DNA of 39,831 bases. Origin: Clostridia bacterium. GTDB taxonomy: Bacteria; Bacillota; Clostridia; Christensenellales; UBA1242. The translations under genes were made by a program, and so were the position numbers. The notes under the pieces are model-generated. The model was not told the DNA's origin. It saw nothing but the letters and a program-made list of their open reading frames with translations, and did not search any database. Each line of letters begins with the position of its first letter. Positions within the stretch are counted from its first letter, which is position 1. This document shows, in pieces, positions 37,547 through 39,831 of this stretch. The DNA lies in NCBI GenBank assembly GCA_017444785.1, contig JAFSVX010000020.1, forward strand, positions 1-39,831, read 5' to 3'.

Positions 37547-39349
37547 TTAATTTTCACTAAACTGGCTGTTATAAAGTTCTGCATAAAAGCCATTTTTCTC
37601 AAGTAAGTCTTTGTGCGTGCCACTTTCAATTATATCTCCATCTTTCATGACCAATATCAAATCTGCATTTTTTATTGTTGAAAGACGATGTGCAATCACA
37701 AAACTTGTTCTGCCTTTTGTCAAATTATCCATTGCATTTTGAATAACAAGTTCCGTCCTTGTATCAACGTTACTTGTTGCTTCGTCCAAAATAAGAAGCG
37801 GACTGCCTTTAATCATGGCTCTTGCGATTGCGAGTTGTTGTTTTTGACCTTCAGAGAGTGCTCCATTTTCTTCTATGACAGTGTCATAACCTTTTGGCAA
37901 TGTTTTTACAAAGTGTGAAAGGCCAACCGCATCGCAAACTTTGTCAAGTTCTTCGTCAGTGACTCCTTGTTTGTTATAGACAAGGTTTTCCCTAAGCGTT
38001 CCATTAAACAACCACGTATCTTGAAGTATCATGTCAAACAGGGCATGAACATCTTCCCTCTTCATATCTTTAAGAGATTTACCATCAATCAAGATGTCAC
38101 CATTATCAACCTCATAGAACCTCATAAGCAGATTTACAATAGTGGTCTTACCCGCCCCGGTCGGCCCAACAATTGCAACCTTTTGACCAGCCTTAAGTTT
38201 TGCAGAAAAATTATGAATGATCGTCTTGTCTTTGTCATATCCAAACTTGACATTGACAAACTCAACATCACCCTTTATATCTTTAAGCTTAAGAGTTTTG
38301 TTTGATTCATCATCCATTTCCTTGGCTTCAAGGATCTCAAAAACACGTTTTGATGCTGCTGACGCTTGTTGAAGCGCAGTCATGCTTTGTGCAAACGTAG
38401 AAAGGGGCTGACTGAATAATCTTGCATAGATAACGAAAGAAATCAGCGTTCCGATTGTTACCTGTGTTCCGCCGTTAAGTATTATAGCAACCCCAACAAT
38501 AAATATAAGAACATAGCTGAGATTTCCAACAAATATCATAATGGGCATCATCATCCCAGAAAGGAACTGAGATTTCCAATCCACACTATAAATCTTGTCA
38601 TTCTTTTGACCAAATGTTCGCTTTTCATTGTCAACCGCGCCATAGGATTTAACAATCTTATAGTTGGTATAGACTTCTTCAACCTGACCGTTTATTTCAC
38701 CAATATGTTCCTGTTTTTTGTTGAAATACTTTTGAGATTTCGCAAGAATAAGTGCCATAAGCACAAACCCAAGCAGTGATGAAACAATTGTAACAATGGC
38801 AAGCACCCAGTTAGAGATGAGCATCATCACAGTAACACCAATAAACAACACAAGCGCACTAATAAGGTTTGCAAGGCTTGAGCCAAGTGTTTGCGAAATC
38901 ACATCAACATCGTTTGTCACGCGGGAAAGTATGTCACCACGGGTGGTCTTATCAAAAAATGATAATGGCAATTTGTTTATTTTTGTTTCCATATCAGTTC
39001 TCAGCGATTTTGATGCTTTTTGCGTGATGATCGCCATAATAAACTGCTGAATGTATGAAAACAACACCCCACCAGCATAAAGACAGATAAGCAATATACA
39101 AGTGTTTGTAAACGCTGTCATGTCAATACCACCGATGATGCCCTTTGTGATAATGTTCATAAGGTCGGAAATTTTATCTGGCCCAATAATGGTTGTCACC
39201 GCACCAACAACTGCGCAAAAGATACTTATGATTATTGCAGGAAGATAAGGTTTGCAATATGCAAACATCTTTTTTAAAGCTTTGATGTCCAGTTTTTCTT
39301 TTTTATCGGATCCTCTTCTCATTGGTCCGTGTCCCATTGGTCCTGGCAT
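37547..39349 (-). CDS. Heterodimeric ABC exporter subunit (TMD+NBD)
   Basis: GPTGAGKT, LSEGQKQ, LILDEATS; start MPGPMGHG after AGGAGG. Confidence 0.95.
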   Translation of the reverse strand: MPGPMGHGPMRRGSDKKEKLDIKALKKMFAYCKPYLPAIIISIFCAVVGAVTTIIGPDKISDLMNIITKGIIGGIDMTAFTNTCILLICLYAGGVLFSYIQQFIMAIITQKASKSLRTDMETKINKLPLSFFDKTTRGDILSRVTNDVDVISQTLGSSLANLISALVLFIGVTVMMLISNWVLAIVTIVSSLLGFVLMALILAKSQKYFNKKQEHIGEINGQVEEVYTNYKIVKSYGAVDNEKRTFGQKNDKIYSVDWKSQFLSGMMMPIMIFVGNLSYVLIFIVGVAIILNGGTQVTIGTLISFVIYARLFSQPLSTFAQSMTALQQASAASKRVFEILEAKEMDDESNKTLKLKDIKGDVEFVNVKFGYDKDKTIIHNFSAKLKAGQKVAIVGPTGAGKTTIVNLLMRFYEVDNGDILIDGKSLKDMKREDVHALFDMILQDTWLFNGTLRENLVYNKQGVTDEELDKVCDAVGLSHFVKTLPKGYDTVIEENGALSEGQKQQLAIARAMIKGSPLLILDEATSNVDTRTELVIQNAMDNLTKGRTSFVIAHRLSTIKNADLILVMKDGDIIESGTHKDLLEKNGFYAELYNSQFSEN

Positions 39350-39350
39350 A

Positions 39351-39831
39351 TTACAGTTCCTCCTTTGAAAGTTGAGAAAGAGCAATTTCCTTATAGACCG
39401 TGCAACTTTCAAGCAGATCTTTATGCGTTCCCATGCCCACAACCTTGCCCTCATCAAGAACTATGATTTTGTCAGCATTCATAATAGTTCCAATTCTTTG
39501 AGCAACAATGATGATGGTTTTGTCTTTCAAGTTTTTCTTAATTTTGTTTCGCACAAGCGCATCTGTCTTATAGTCAAGTGCAGAGAAACTGTCATCAAAA
39601 GCAATTATCTCAGAACCTTTGAAAACCGCCCTCGCAATTGAAATTCTTTGCTTCTGTCCGCCCGAAAAGTTTGTCCCACCTTGAGAGACTTCTGAATTTA
39701 CCCCCTTCTCCATATCAAGAACAAAATTCGCACCAGAAATATCTATTGCATCAAGCAGTCTCTTATCATCATCTGCAACTTCTTCATCGAAACCATAAGT
39801 TATATTTGATTTAATCGTCCCCTTAAATAAA
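39351..39831 (-). CDS. Heterodimeric ABC exporter, degenerate-site subunit (3' part)
   Basis: FSGGQKQR, FDDSFSALD, VAQR; open to the window edge. Confidence 0.93.
   Translation of the reverse strand, partial: LFKGTIKSNITYGFDEEVADDDKRLLDAIDISGANFVLDMEKGVNSEVSQGGTNFSGGQKQRISIARAVFKGSEIIAFDDSFSALDYKTDALVRNKIKKNLKDKTIIIVAQRIGTIMNADKIIVLDEGKVVGMGTHKDLLESCTVYKEIALSQLSKEEL

Overview
Low-GC chromosomal segment of a Clostridia-like Firmicute (inferred from gene content and promoter style). Most of it is housekeeping: ssrA-smpB-rnr, dut, a PrsA-like foldase, mfd, pth, a GlmU-like gene, tadA, peptidases, recX, yigZ, a NifU-like/GGGtGRT/flavoprotein cluster, tRNA-Asn, tRNA-Ala, tRNA-Ile, gpx, flavodoxin, asnA, a CDF transporter and an ABC exporter pair. 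I see no integrase, transposase or CRISPR array. The two strongest signals are non-coding and absent from the ORF track. (1) A ~110-120 nt covarying structured core recurs downstream of two different tRNA genes (Asn and Ile). Each copy is preceded by an arm antisense to its own host tRNA and followed by a regenerated tRNA 3' end plus terminator. (2) A multi-stage asparagine-sensing leader precedes asnA: two Asn-rich leader peptides, two coupled terminators and an anti-SD switch. Also notable are a leaderless HipA-like kinase followed by a HipS-like gene and a 4x26-bp repeat, a GlmU homolog lacking recognisable catalytic motifs, and an MBL hydrolase split by an in-frame TAG. All family calls come from motif recognition by eye, not database searches.
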